From positions 1-59,394 of the forward strand of contig JAFQFS010000087.1 in assembly GCA_017398585.1 (NCBI GenBank): a stretch of 59,394 bases of DNA. Direction: 5' to 3'. Shown here in pieces: positions 17,323 to 26,460 of the stretch. The number at the start of each line of letters is the position of its first letter. The stretch's first letter is position 1. Origin of the DNA: Clostridia bacterium. GTDB taxonomy: Bacteria; Bacillota; Clostridia; Oscillospirales; CAG-272. Both the position numbers and the translations under genes were made by a program. The notes below the pieces were generated by a model. That model was not told the DNA's origin and made no database searches. It saw only the letters and a list, made by a program, of their open reading frames with translations.

Positions 17323-18657
17323 TTATTTCACAAACTCATTATAAATCGCGCCCATGGATTTTTCGAAGTCGGATTCATCGACACCGATGATGATGTTGAG
17401 TTCGGAGGAACCCTGGTCGATCATGCGGATGTTGATGCCGGCTTCGGCAGCGGCCTTGAAGACGCGGACTGCGGTACCTTTTGCCTTGACCATGCCGCGG
17501 CCGACGACAGCGACGAGTGCGAGGCCTTCTTCGATGGAGATGGCATCCGGTTCGACCGCGTTGCAGATGCGGTTCACGAGACGTTCACGGCAGCCTGCGA
17601 TTTCCGAACGGTTGAGGACGACGCTCATCGTGTCGATACCGGAGGGAAGGTGTTCGAAGGAGATGTTTTCGTGTTCGATCGCTTCGAGAACCTTGCGTCC
17701 GAAGCCCTTTTCCGCGTTCATCATCGCCTTTTCGATGGTGATGACGCAGAAGCCCTTCTTGCCGGCGATACCGGTGATAATGCTTTCGCTGTCGTAAACG
17801 TCCGTGTTGGATACGATCATGGTACCCGGGTCGGACGGATCGTTGGTGTTGCGGATGTTGATCGGAATTCCCGCGAAACGGACGGGGAAGATCGCGTCTT
17901 CGTGAAGAACGCCGGCGCCCATGTAGGACAGTTCGCGCAGTTCACGGTAGGTGATGAATTCGATGCCCTTCGGGTTGTCGACGATGCGCGGGTCCGCCAT
18001 GAGGAAGCCGTTGACGTCGGTCCAGTTTTCGTAGAGGTCCGCTTCGACCGCACGGGACACGATGGAACCGGTGATGTCGGAACCGCCGCGGGAGAAGGTG
18101 CGGATAGTGCCGTTCGGCATGGAGCCGTAGAAGCCGGGGATCACGCCGGTTTCGTGCTTCTTCAGTTCTTCCGCGAGAAGGCTGTTCGTGATTTCCGCGT
18201 TGAATACGCCGTCGTCGCGGAACCGGATGTACGGAGCAGGGTCGATGAAATCAAAGCCGAGATACTTTGCGAGGATCATACCGTTGAGGTATTCGCCGCG
18301 GCTTGCCGCGTAGTCGCGTCCGGCGTGATGCAGAATCGCCCACTTGATGTGCTGATATTCGTCGGTCAGATCGAAGTCGATACCGAGACCGGAGATGATG
18401 AGATTGTAGCGTTCACAGACCTTGTCGAAGATTTCGTCAATGTTCCCGCCTGCCGCCGATACGTTGTAGCATTCGTACAGCATATCTGTGACTTTGGTGT
18501 CACCGGAAAAACGCTTGCCGGGAGCGGAAGGAACGACAAACTTTCTTGCGGAGTCCGCCTTGATGATGTTGGCGACCTTTACGAACTGCTCCGCGCTGGC
18601 GAGGGAGCTGCCGCCGAATTTTACCACCTTTATATTATATGCTTCCTTATTGTTCAC
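17323..18657 (-). CDS. Aspartate kinase
   Basis: VVKFGGSS, VPSAPGK, RGGSDITG, WTDV, two C-terminal ACT domains. Confidence 0.95.
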   Translation of the reverse strand: MNNKEAYNIKVVKFGGSSLASAEQFVKVANIIKADSARKFVVPSAPGKRFSGDTKVTDMLYECYNVSAAGGNIDEIFDKVCERYNLIISGLGIDFDLTDEYQHIKWAILHHAGRDYAASRGEYLNGMILAKYLGFDFIDPAPYIRFRDDGVFNAEITNSLLAEELKKHETGVIPGFYGSMPNGTIRTFSRGGSDITGSIVSRAVEADLYENWTDVNGFLMADPRIVDNPKGIEFITYRELRELSYMGAGVLHEDAIFPVRFAGIPINIRNTNDPSDPGTMIVSNTDVYDSESIITGIAGKKGFCVITIEKAMMNAEKGFGRKVLEAIEHENISFEHLPSGIDTMSVVLNRSEIAGCRERLVNRICNAVEPDAISIEEGLALVAVVGRGMVKAKGTAVRVFKAAAEAGINIRMIDQGSSELNIIIGVDESDFEKSMGAIYNEFVK

Positions 18658-18693
18658 GTCAAAAACCTCAATGTTCGAAATAAGTTGGGGGTA

Positions 18694-18720
18694 TGATACA
18701 TACCATGATACTATGTATCA
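18694..18720. promoter_or_regulatory. Inverted repeat at the aspartokinase transcription start (candidate operator)
   Basis: TGATACATA-N9-TATGTATCA immediately downstream of the -10. Confidence 0.45.
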
Positions 18721-18726
18721 CATTAT

Positions 18727-18755
18727 ATTATATGAAATCTGCTGTTTTTTGTCAA
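18727..18755 (-). promoter_or_regulatory. Consensus sigma-A promoter of the aspartate kinase gene
   Basis: Minus strand TTGACA-17 bp-TATAAT. Confidence 0.8.
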
Positions 18756-18893
18756 TGTGTTATTTTTACAGAATAGAACGGATATTAATTCAAAAATACG
18801 GCGTATTTTATAATATTGCAGCAATATGTACATTTTGACTGCAAAAAAGCACCGGATTTCACCTTCCAGGTGCGCAATGCCGCAAAAATACGG

Positions 18894-18922
18894 TTGACAT
18901 CGCCGTCCGGAAACGGTATAAT
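18894..18922 (+). promoter_or_regulatory. Consensus sigma-A promoter of the DUF1015 gene
   Basis: TTGACA-17 bp-TATAAT. Confidence 0.8.
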
Positions 18923-18966
18923 AATACATACATTCCGCAGCGGAAAACAGAAAGTGACACAAGCAG

Positions 18967-20205
18967 ATGCCTCAGTATACCACCATTTTTCAGCCGGCGG
19001 AGATTCTTCTCCCCGCATATTCCGGCGACGCCGCACGCATGTCCCGCTGGGCGGTCATCGCCTGCGACCAGTACACCTCCGAACCGTCCTACTGGAACTC
19101 CTGTGTAAATTATATCGGCGGTGCGCCGTCCGCGTACGACTACATCCTGCCCGAGGCCTATCTCGGAACCGAACTTGAAACGACCCACGGCGACGCGATC
19201 GCCGCAAATATGAAATCCTTCGACGCATCCTCCATGCGCACGGTGAACGGTCTGATTTACCTCGAACGCATGCTCCCCGACGGAACCGTCCGTCACGGCA
19301 TCGTCGGAAAGATCGACCTGGAAGCCTACGATTATTCCGCAGGCTCCGCCTCCGCCGTCCGCGCGACCGAAGCGACCATCCTGTCCCGCATCCCGCCGCG
19401 ATGCAAAGTCCGTGCGTCCGCCGCGATCGAGCTGCCGCATATCCTCGTCCTTGTCGATGACATGAGTTTTATCCGTGACGCAGCCGAACATAAAGCGGAC
19501 CTCAACACTGCATACGATTTCGACCTCATGGGAAACGGCGGGCACGTCACCGCCTGGGAAGTCACCGGGGAAGCGCTCGATTCCCTCATGAACGGCATCG
19601 CCGCCTATGAAACCGCTCACAACGGTCTTGTCTACGCGATGGGGGACGGCAACCACTCTCTCGCCGCCGCAAAGGCGCACTGGGAAAACGTCAAGGCGGA
19701 AACGGGTGACATGACCCACCCCGCGCGTTACGCGCTCTGCGAGATCACCGCCCTTTCGGACGAATCGCTCGTCTTCCACCCGATCTACCGCATCCTCAAG
19801 AACTGCGATCCCGCAGACGTTCTGCACGCGCTCTCCGCCGCCGCGGCGGAAACGTCCGACGAACACGCCGCGCAGACCGTCACCGTTCTTGACGGGGCAG
19901 AAAAGCACGTCCTCACGTTCACGGACCCCGACCATGCCCTCACCGTCGGTACCCTCCAGAACTTCCTCGACCGCTATCTCGCCGGCCATCCCGAAGCAGA
20001 ATGCGACTACATTCACGGCGAAGATTCCGTCCTTGCTCTCGCACAGACCGAAAACTGTGTCGGATTCTTCATGGACGGCATGGACAAGAGCGAGCTGTTC
20101 CCGTACGTCGAAGCGCATGGCACTCTCCCGAGAAAAACCTTCTCCATGGGCGAAGCGGACAGCAAGCGCTACTACCTCGAAGCAAGAAAAATCACCAAAG
20201 ACTGA
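18967..20205 (+). CDS. DUF1015 family protein
   Basis: WAVIACDQYTS, RATEAT, MGDGNHSLA, LPRKTFSMG; adjacent to serA/serC. Confidence 0.85.
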   Translation: MPQYTTIFQPAEILLPAYSGDAARMSRWAVIACDQYTSEPSYWNSCVNYIGGAPSAYDYILPEAYLGTELETTHGDAIAANMKSFDASSMRTVNGLIYLERMLPDGTVRHGIVGKIDLEAYDYSAGSASAVRATEATILSRIPPRCKVRASAAIELPHILVLVDDMSFIRDAAEHKADLNTAYDFDLMGNGGHVTAWEVTGEALDSLMNGIAAYETAHNGLVYAMGDGNHSLAAAKAHWENVKAETGDMTHPARYALCEITALSDESLVFHPIYRILKNCDPADVLHALSAAAAETSDEHAAQTVTVLDGAEKHVLTFTDPDHALTVGTLQNFLDRYLAGHPEAECDYIHGEDSVLALAQTENCVGFFMDGMDKSELFPYVEAHGTLPRKTFSMGEADSKRYYLEARKITKD

Positions 20206-20206
20206 A

Positions 20207-20243
20207 AAAACATCCGGAATCTGATACAGATTCCGGATGTTTT
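20207..20243. terminator. Bidirectional intrinsic terminator
   Basis: AAAACATCCGGAATCTG-ATA-CAGATTCCGGATGTTTT. Confidence 0.8.
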
Positions 20244-20270
20244 GTATGGAGGAGAAAAAATGAAGAAAAA

Positions 20271-21452
20271 TTAACCGATCTTGATTACGCGGATGATACC
20301 GTCCATGTTCTGGATGGTGTCGATCATGTCGGGCGTGATGTTCGCGATGGTGTCGACCAGCGTGACGGCGTAGTCACCCTTGGAGCGGTTCGCGAGGTTT
20401 TCGATGTTGATGTTCTGAGCCGCAAGGGAAGAGGAGATGTGGGAGATCATGTTCGGGATGTTGCGGTGGAGGATGACCAGACGGATGCCGTCGTGGTGCG
20501 GCATTTCAACGGACGGATAGTTGACGCTGTTCTTGATGTTGCCGGTTTCGAGGTAGTTCACGAGTTCTTCGGCTGCCATGACCGCGCAGTTGTCTTCGCT
20601 TTCTTCCGTGGATGCGCCGAGGTGGGGGATCGCGATGACGCCGTCCATGCCTGCGGTACGTGCGTTCGGGAAGTCGGTGACGTAACGGCGGACCTTGCCG
20701 GACTTCAGCGCTTCTTCGATATCGTCATCGTTGACGAGAGCGTCACGCGCGAAGTTGAGGATGATCACACCGTCCTTCATCATCGCGATGGTGTCCTTGT
20801 TGATCATGTACTTGGTGTTGATCTTCGGGTCCGCGTTGTCGATGAGGGGAGTGTGGATGGAGATGAAATCCGCCTGAGCGAAGATTTCCTCACGGGTGTC
20901 CACCTTCTTGACGGAGCGGGAGATCTTCCATGCTGCGTCAACGGACATATACGGGTCGCAGCCGATTACATTCATGCCCATGGAAACGGCAACGTTTGCG
21001 AGAGGACCGCCGATCGCGCCGAGACCGATGATGCCGAGGGTCTTGCCCGCAACTTCGGTACCTGCGAACTTGGACTTTTCCTTTTCAACGAGCTTTGCAA
21101 CGCCCGCGTCGTCCTTTACGGACTTTACCCAGTTAATGCCGCCGACCACGTCACGGCAGGCGAGAAGCATACCGCAGACAACGAGTTCCTTAACGCCGTT
21201 TGCATTGGCACCGGGGGTGTTGAATACGACAATACCCTGTTCCGCGCACTTGTCGAGCGGGATGTTGTTGACGCCCGCACCGGCTCTGGCAATCGCCTTG
21301 AGATTATCGCCGAATTCCATATCGTGCATCACAGCGGAACGCACCATGATCGCGTCCGGATTTTCGGTTTCGGCTGCAACATTGTAAAGGTCCTTGTCAA
21401 AAATATCGGTACCGCACGTTGCGATTTTATTTAAAAGCTGAATGTTTTTCAT
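20271..21452 (-). CDS. serA: D-3-phosphoglycerate dehydrogenase with C-terminal ACT domain
   Basis: RAGAGVNNI, GLGAIG, PHLGAST, ACT domain; downstream of serC. Confidence 0.93.
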   Translation of the reverse strand: MKNIQLLNKIATCGTDIFDKDLYNVAAETENPDAIMVRSAVMHDMEFGDNLKAIARAGAGVNNIPLDKCAEQGIVVFNTPGANANGVKELVVCGMLLACRDVVGGINWVKSVKDDAGVAKLVEKEKSKFAGTEVAGKTLGIIGLGAIGGPLANVAVSMGMNVIGCDPYMSVDAAWKISRSVKKVDTREEIFAQADFISIHTPLIDNADPKINTKYMINKDTIAMMKDGVIILNFARDALVNDDDIEEALKSGKVRRYVTDFPNARTAGMDGVIAIPHLGASTEESEDNCAVMAAEELVNYLETGNIKNSVNYPSVEMPHHDGIRLVILHRNIPNMISHISSSLAAQNINIENLANRSKGDYAVTLVDTIANITPDMIDTIQNMDGIIRVIKIG

Positions 21453-21499
21453 TTTATTAACTCCAGATCAATCAGATTTTTGTTATTCCCCTTTCCCGA

Positions 21500-21571
21500 A
21501 AAGGTTTTGGAAATGGGGCAACAAGCTGCATAAGCAACTTGGGGAAACCTTTTTCTCAAAATGGTTTCCCC
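21500..21571 (-). repeat. Dispersed palindromic repeat unit 6 (between serC and serA)
   Basis: Plus strand AAGGTTTTGGAAATGGGG, linker hairpin CAAGCTGC-ATAA-GCAACTTG, GGGGAAACC..GGTTTCCCC. Confidence 0.85.
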
Positions 21572-21587
21572 GCGAAAACTTTATTTC

Positions 21588-22670
21588 TTACTTAGGATTC
21601 TTTTCAGCGAAGTCCTTCATGAATGCCACGAGAGCTTCGACACCTTCGTAGGGCATTGCATTGTAGATGGACGCTCTCATGCCGCCGACGGAACGGTGAC
21701 CCTTGAGGTTCATGAGACCTGCCTTTTCGGCTTCCTTGGGGAATTTCTTGTCGAGTTCTTCCACGCCGGTAACGAAGGTCACGTTCATCATGGAACGGGA
21801 ATCCTTTTCCACGGGCGCGATGTAGTAATCCTGGGAATCGAGGTAATCGTACAGAAGAGCTGCCTTCTTTTCGTTCAGCTTCTTCATTTCTTCGAGACCG
21901 CCGAGACCGAGGATCCATTCGTAAACGAGACCTGCCACGTAGATCGCGTAGCACGGGGGAGTGTTGTACATGGAATCGTTGTCCGCCATGAGCTGCCAGT
22001 CGAGCATGGACGGAGTTTCCGGACGTGCGTTTCCGAGAAGGTCTTCGCGGACGATCGCAACGGTCAGACCGGCGGGAGCCATGTTCTTCTGTGCACCGGC
22101 GTAGATCACGCCGAATTTGGTAACGTCAACGGGTTCGGAGATGATGCAGGAGGACATGTCGGCTACGAGCGGGATATCGCCGGTATCGGGAATATAGTTG
22201 AACTTTGTACCGTAAATGGTGTTGTTGTAGCAGATGTGAACATAATCGGCGTCCGGACGGAAGGATTCGCGGGTGGTCGCGGGGATCTTCGCGAAGTTGT
22301 CGTCCTTCGAGGATGCAACGGCCTTGGCGTCGCCGTACTTCTGCGCTTCCTTGTACGCCTTGGTGGAGAACTGACCGGAGAGAATGTAGTCGGCCTTGCC
22401 GGTCTTCATCAGGTTCAGCGGAACCGCCGCAAACTGGGTAGAGGCACCGCCCTGGAGGAAGAGTACTTTGTAATTGTCCGGAATGTTCATTACGGCACGG
22501 AGATCCGCTTCGGCCTTCTTGATGATCGCATCGTACGCGGGAGATCGGTGGCTCATTTCCATAACGGACATGCCTGCGTCACCGTAACATACGAGTTCGG
22601 CTGCGGCTTTTTCCAGTACGGGGAGCGGAAGCATCGACGGACCTGCGGAGAAATTGTAAACTCTGTTCAT
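21588..22670 (-). CDS. serC: Phosphoserine aminotransferase
   Basis: NFSAGP, EMSHR, GAQKN, NTPP, GHRSVGGMRASIYNA. Confidence 0.97.
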   Translation of the reverse strand: MNRVYNFSAGPSMLPLPVLEKAAAELVCYGDAGMSVMEMSHRSPAYDAIIKKAEADLRAVMNIPDNYKVLFLQGGASTQFAAVPLNLMKTGKADYILSGQFSTKAYKEAQKYGDAKAVASSKDDNFAKIPATTRESFRPDADYVHICYNNTIYGTKFNYIPDTGDIPLVADMSSCIISEPVDVTKFGVIYAGAQKNMAPAGLTVAIVREDLLGNARPETPSMLDWQLMADNDSMYNTPPCYAIYVAGLVYEWILGLGGLEEMKKLNEKKAALLYDYLDSQDYYIAPVEKDSRSMMNVTFVTGVEELDKKFPKEAEKAGLMNLKGHRSVGGMRASIYNAMPYEGVEALVAFMKDFAEKNPK

Positions 22671-22804
22671 GGCTAACCTCTTTGTGTGAAATTGGAATGG
22701 ATATGCGTTGTATTTGCAGGATTTTTCGGACTCTGTTTCATAATTGTTCGAAAAAAGCTATAACACGCTATAATTAATGCCTTACTTAAAAGGGATTTTC
22801 ACAT

Positions 22805-22833
22805 ATTATACATCACTCCGCGTATATTGTCAA
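22805..22833 (-). promoter_or_regulatory. Consensus sigma-A promoter of serC-serA
   Basis: Minus strand TTGACA-17 bp-TATAAT. Confidence 0.8.
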
Positions 22834-23036
22834 TCCCTGAAACTAAATCAATTGGTGTTAAAATTGACAAAAAAATACTGCTGAATATGGTTAAATTGGC
22901 GAAGCGTCCCAAAAATCACATGAAAAATATGTGAAATCACAATGCAAGTCACGCGTCCGGAACTTGCAAAATGAAAACAAAATGAAAATGGTTCAAAAAA
23001 TACCGCAAAAAAAAACGAAAAATTTTCGGAAAACAC

Positions 23037-23064
23037 GGAACAAAACCGCACGTCCGGACGTCTA
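23037..23064 (+). promoter_or_regulatory. Candidate ECF-sigma promoter
   Basis: GGAAC-17 bp-CGTCTA about 50 bp upstream of the DUF4349 start. Confidence 0.5.
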
Positions 23065-23113
23065 TAGACTATAGAAAAAAACGAACGCTGAAAAAAACGA
23101 CCGGGAGGTATTT

Positions 23114-24196
23114 ATGAAAAAGGGAAGAATCGTCCGAAGCCTGCTTGCACTGGTCATGATATTCCAGATCACGTCCTGCGGTGCCGCCATGGAATCCGCC
23201 GACGCCATGGTGATGAACAAAACGGCTCCGGCAGAAGCGGTCCGCACGACCGCAGCGACGGCATATTACGACGGTAAACTCGCAGACGACGCCGAGTTCG
23301 GAACGGCAGCAGGATCCGTCACCTACAGCTATACGGCAGACAGCGCATCCGGATCTTCCGCGCCGTCGGGGACAGCCGGTGTCAACGATCTGGCCGAACG
23401 CAAGATTATCAAGAATGCGACCGTCCGTTACGAAACCAAAACTTACGATGAATTTTTCACCGGACTGACGGAGTGCATTCGGAAATACGGTGCCTACGTC
23501 GAATCCGAGGAAAGCTACGGCGGCAGCCTGTACGATTATTATTCCACCCGCCGTGCGTACCTGACCGTTCGTGTCCCTCTCGCAACATATGATGCCTTCA
23601 TGAGCGAAGCATGCAGCATCGGGACGGTCACCTATAAATCCGAGAATTCCACCGATGTCACGATGGCATACGTCGATACCGAAAGCCGGATCACCTCGCT
23701 CGAGACCGAATACGACGCCCTCCTGGCTATTCTCGGGAAGGCAAGCAAGCTCGAGGACGTCATCTCCCTCCAGTCCCGTATCTCCGAAGTTACCTACGAA
23801 CTGGAAACTTACAAAGCCCAGCTCCGTAAATACGACGACCTGATCTCCTACTGCACGGTCAGCATCGACGTGACCGAAGTCGAAAAGGTCACGCAGAACA
23901 TCAGCGAAATGACCTTCGGCGAAAAGATCCGCACCGGTCTTACCGAAACGTTTGAGAACATCGGCTCCGATGCCTCTGATTTTGCGGTCTGGTTCGTGAC
24001 CTCGCTCCCGTATTTCCTGATCTGGGGTGTCTTCCTCGCAGCCGTGATTGCGGTCCTGTATCTTCTGATCGTGCGCTGCAGAAAGAGACGGATTTTACGG
24101 ACTCCCGAACCGCCGGATGATTCCGCACAGCAGGAACAGGCAGAATTATTTGATAGAGAATATGAAAATAACAAACCGGATCAGACGAATCTTTAA
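23114..24196 (+). CDS. DUF4349 domain lipoprotein with C-terminal TM
   Basis: Lipobox ITSC, RKIIKNA, DVTxxYVD, coiled coil, TM helix. Confidence 0.85.
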   Translation: MKKGRIVRSLLALVMIFQITSCGAAMESADAMVMNKTAPAEAVRTTAATAYYDGKLADDAEFGTAAGSVTYSYTADSASGSSAPSGTAGVNDLAERKIIKNATVRYETKTYDEFFTGLTECIRKYGAYVESEESYGGSLYDYYSTRRAYLTVRVPLATYDAFMSEACSIGTVTYKSENSTDVTMAYVDTESRITSLETEYDALLAILGKASKLEDVISLQSRISEVTYELETYKAQLRKYDDLISYCTVSIDVTEVEKVTQNISEMTFGEKIRTGLTETFENIGSDASDFAVWFVTSLPYFLIWGVFLAAVIAVLYLLIVRCRKRRILRTPEPPDDSAQQEQAELFDREYENNKPDQTNL

Positions 24197-24836
24197 AACC
24201 ATAGTTGTTCTCACGCTGACCGCCGTCGCGGCGGTCGGAGGAATCAACCTTTATATGTGCTATGCCGTCCGTGACCGTATTGTCCCGCCGGAGACAGCGT
24301 ATTATACCGCCGCGGACTGCATCCTCATTCTCGGTGCGGGCGTCCGTGACGACGGTTCGCCCAGCCATATGCTCGAGGACCGCCTTCTCACCGGCATCGA
24401 CCTCTTCGAAAACGGCATCACACAGCCCCTTCTCATGAGCGGCGACCACGGGCAGAAGGAGTACGACGAAGTCAACTGCATGAAGAACTACGCCGCGGAG
24501 AAGGGCATCGCGGCCGAAGATATTTTCATGGATCACGCCGGATTTTCGACGTACGAATCTCTGTACCGTGCAAAGGAAGTGTTCGGGGCGGAGAAGATCA
24601 TCATCGTTACACAGGAATACCACCTGTACCGCGCCCTGTATGTCGCACAGGCGCTTGGACTGGATGCCGTCGGGGTCTCCGCCGACCTGCGTACCTACTA
24701 CGGACAGAGCCTGCGCGAGACAAGGGAACTGGCGGCGAGAGTGAAGGATTTCGGTTATACAATCTTCAAGCCTCTTCCGACCTACCTCGGCGATCCGATC
24801 GACCTGACCGGCGACGGCAATGTGACAAACGGATAA
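24162..24836 (+). CDS. SanA/YdcF (DUF218) family protein
   Basis: ILGAGV, MLEDRL, MSGDHG, DHAGFSTYES, TQEYHLYRA; start ATG 24162. Confidence 0.9.
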   Translation: MKITNRIRRIFKTIVVLTLTAVAAVGGINLYMCYAVRDRIVPPETAYYTAADCILILGAGVRDDGSPSHMLEDRLLTGIDLFENGITQPLLMSGDHGQKEYDEVNCMKNYAAEKGIAAEDIFMDHAGFSTYESLYRAKEVFGAEKIIIVTQEYHLYRALYVAQALGLDAVGVSADLRTYYGQSLRETRELAARVKDFGYTIFKPLPTYLGDPIDLTGDGNVTNG

Positions 24837-24838
24837 AA

Positions 24839-24874
24839 AGCAGCCATCGGGACCGTACGGTTCCGATGGCTGCT
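24839..24874. terminator. Hairpin terminator between convergent genes
   Basis: AGCAGCCATCGGGACCG-TA-CGGTTCCGATGGCTGCT. Confidence 0.7.
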
Positions 24875-24894
24875 GTACTCTTTAAACAAAATAT

Positions 24895-25458
24895 TTATTT
24901 GGTATAAATCCAGTAATCTCCGTATTCCGTTCCGTCGTGACCGATCACCTTTTCTGCAGAGGGAACAAACCCCGTCGAGGCAAGTGCGCGGCGTCGTTCC
25001 GCCGCTGCCGGAACAGCCTTCGTCGCAATCATGGAACAGCCGAACCATACAAACGTTTCCGGAACGATCCGCTCCAGAATACCTTCGATCGCGTCTGATG
25101 TTTCGTAATCGCTCCGCAGGTCAAGCCGGAGAAGTCCGCAGTCCGTGAAGAAATCCGCCGCTTTCCGCCGGAACAGTTCGATGGTCCCGATGACCTTACC
25201 GGTCCCCCTGTCCTCGATTGACCAGCGCACGAATCCGCGCCGACCGTATTCCCATAACCAGTAATCAATCGCCTGCCTCATCCGTTCTTCGGTGGTGTAG
25301 TAAAAATCGTCTCCATTGCAGTTGTCGCTGTTGAAGAAGGGAACCGCCGCCGGATCGGAATAAACCTTCAGCAGGTCTGTACAATCGTCCATGGAAAGGG
25401 GACGGATGAGAAAGCGGTCATTCTCAAACGAGGGACATGCGGTATATACATCGTGCAT
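24895..25458 (-). CDS. GNAT (RimJ/RimL-like) N-acetyltransferase family protein
   Basis: FENDRFLIRP, RWSIED..IGTIELF; start moved to ATG 25458 after GGGAGA. Confidence 0.75.
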   Translation of the reverse strand: MHDVYTACPSFENDRFLIRPLSMDDCTDLLKVYSDPAAVPFFNSDNCNGDDFYYTTEERMRQAIDYWLWEYGRRGFVRWSIEDRGTGKVIGTIELFRRKAADFFTDCGLLRLDLRSDYETSDAIEGILERIVPETFVWFGCSMIATKAVPAAAERRRALASTGFVPSAEKVIGHDGTEYGDYWIYTK

Positions 25459-25597
25459 AATATGTTCTCCCATAAGATATATTGTCGATTGAATTATACA
25501 CGATATTTCGTTGAAAGTCAATTGTGTGCGAAAAATAATTCGTTAAAAATACAGAAAAGCTCTCCGGAAAAGGAAACCTTCTTCGGAGAGCCGCTGT

Positions 25598-26371
25598 TTA
25601 TTCCCGGTTCTGCCGCATGACTTCGTACCCGAGGATCGACGCCGCAGACGCTGCCGACAGTGATCCGCCGAACTCCCGCCCGTAGTCAATCCGCACGATC
25701 ATGTCCGCCGCATCGAGCAGGGCGCGCGAGATCCCGCGCTTTTCTCCGCCGACAACCAGCAGCAGAGGCTTTTTCAGATCCGCGTCAAACGACGATACCG
25801 AATCCCGGATCCCCGCACAGGCAACCCTGTACCCGCGTGACTTGAAAATTTCCGCCGGATTGCCCGATTCGCTTACCAATAACGGCAGCATCTCCGATGC
25901 GCCCGCCGATGAACGGCAGACAACCCCGGCCGCACTCATCCAGTTCCGCGGTGACAGGATCACCCCGTCCACACCGCACGAATACAGCGACCGCAGGGCA
26001 TACCCGAAATTGTACGGGTCCTCGATTCCTTCGATCATCACCCAGAATCCGCCGTCCGTTGTGTCCGTTTCCTCCAGAGAGGGAATCGTCCGCGCGGTGC
26101 ATTCGAAAATAATGCCCCCGTGCGAGCTGCCGACCGTTACGGATTCGATGTATTCTTCACGTTCGTAAACGATCTCAAACCCGAATTCCTTCGCCTTGTA
26201 TCCGAGCCACGCAAGTTCTTTCGCACGGCTCTTCCGCTTGGCCTGATCCACGATTACCCGCAGAATCCTCCGGTCGGAGATCCCGTTTTCCATCGCATGG
26301 ATCACCGCCCGCAGAGACGTCATTCCTTCGAAAAGATTCGCTTCCGCAAATCTCGATTCTTCTTTTTTCAT
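25598..26371 (-). CDS. TrmH/SpoU family RNA methyltransferase
   Basis: IEDPYNFG..RS, GGEKRGIS, SLSAASA; start ATG 26371 (the longer ORF reads through a repeat unit). Confidence 0.88.
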   Translation of the reverse strand: MKKEESRFAEANLFEGMTSLRAVIHAMENGISDRRILRVIVDQAKRKSRAKELAWLGYKAKEFGFEIVYEREEYIESVTVGSSHGGIIFECTARTIPSLEETDTTDGGFWVMIEGIEDPYNFGYALRSLYSCGVDGVILSPRNWMSAAGVVCRSSAGASEMLPLLVSESGNPAEIFKSRGYRVACAGIRDSVSSFDADLKKPLLLVVGGEKRGISRALLDAADMIVRIDYGREFGGSLSAASAASILGYEVMRQNRE

Positions 26372-26391
26372 AATTTCCTTTTCCCAGATTG

Positions 26392-26447
26392 AAAGTTTTT
26401 GAAAAGGGGTGTGGGGAAAAACTTTTTTCAAAAAGTTTTTCCCCACA
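26392..26447 (-). repeat. Dispersed palindromic repeat unit 7
   Basis: Plus strand AAAGTTTTTGAAAAGGGG-TGT-GGGGAAAAACTTTTT-TC-AAAAAGTTTTTCCCCACA, about 14 bp after the prfB stop. Confidence 0.9.
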
Positions 26448-26460
26448 AAACCTCATTTCA

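Noticed and set aside
23021-23035. CodY-box-like AATTTTCGGAAAACA
   Set aside because: It has three mismatches to AATTTTCWGAAAATT in an AT-rich region, so it is not distinguishable from chance.
25559-25590. Hairpin CTCTCCGGA..TTCGGAGAG as another family member
   Set aside because: It lacks the GGGG/CCCC stem, T5/A5 core and tail. It is more likely a terminator for the methyltransferase gene.
26372-26446. ORF extensions such as MGKNFLKKVFPHTPFQKL (also 38870-38965 and 44743-44841)
   Set aside because: They are translations of the palindromic repeat. Better RBS-linked starts exist at 26371, 38966 and 44842.
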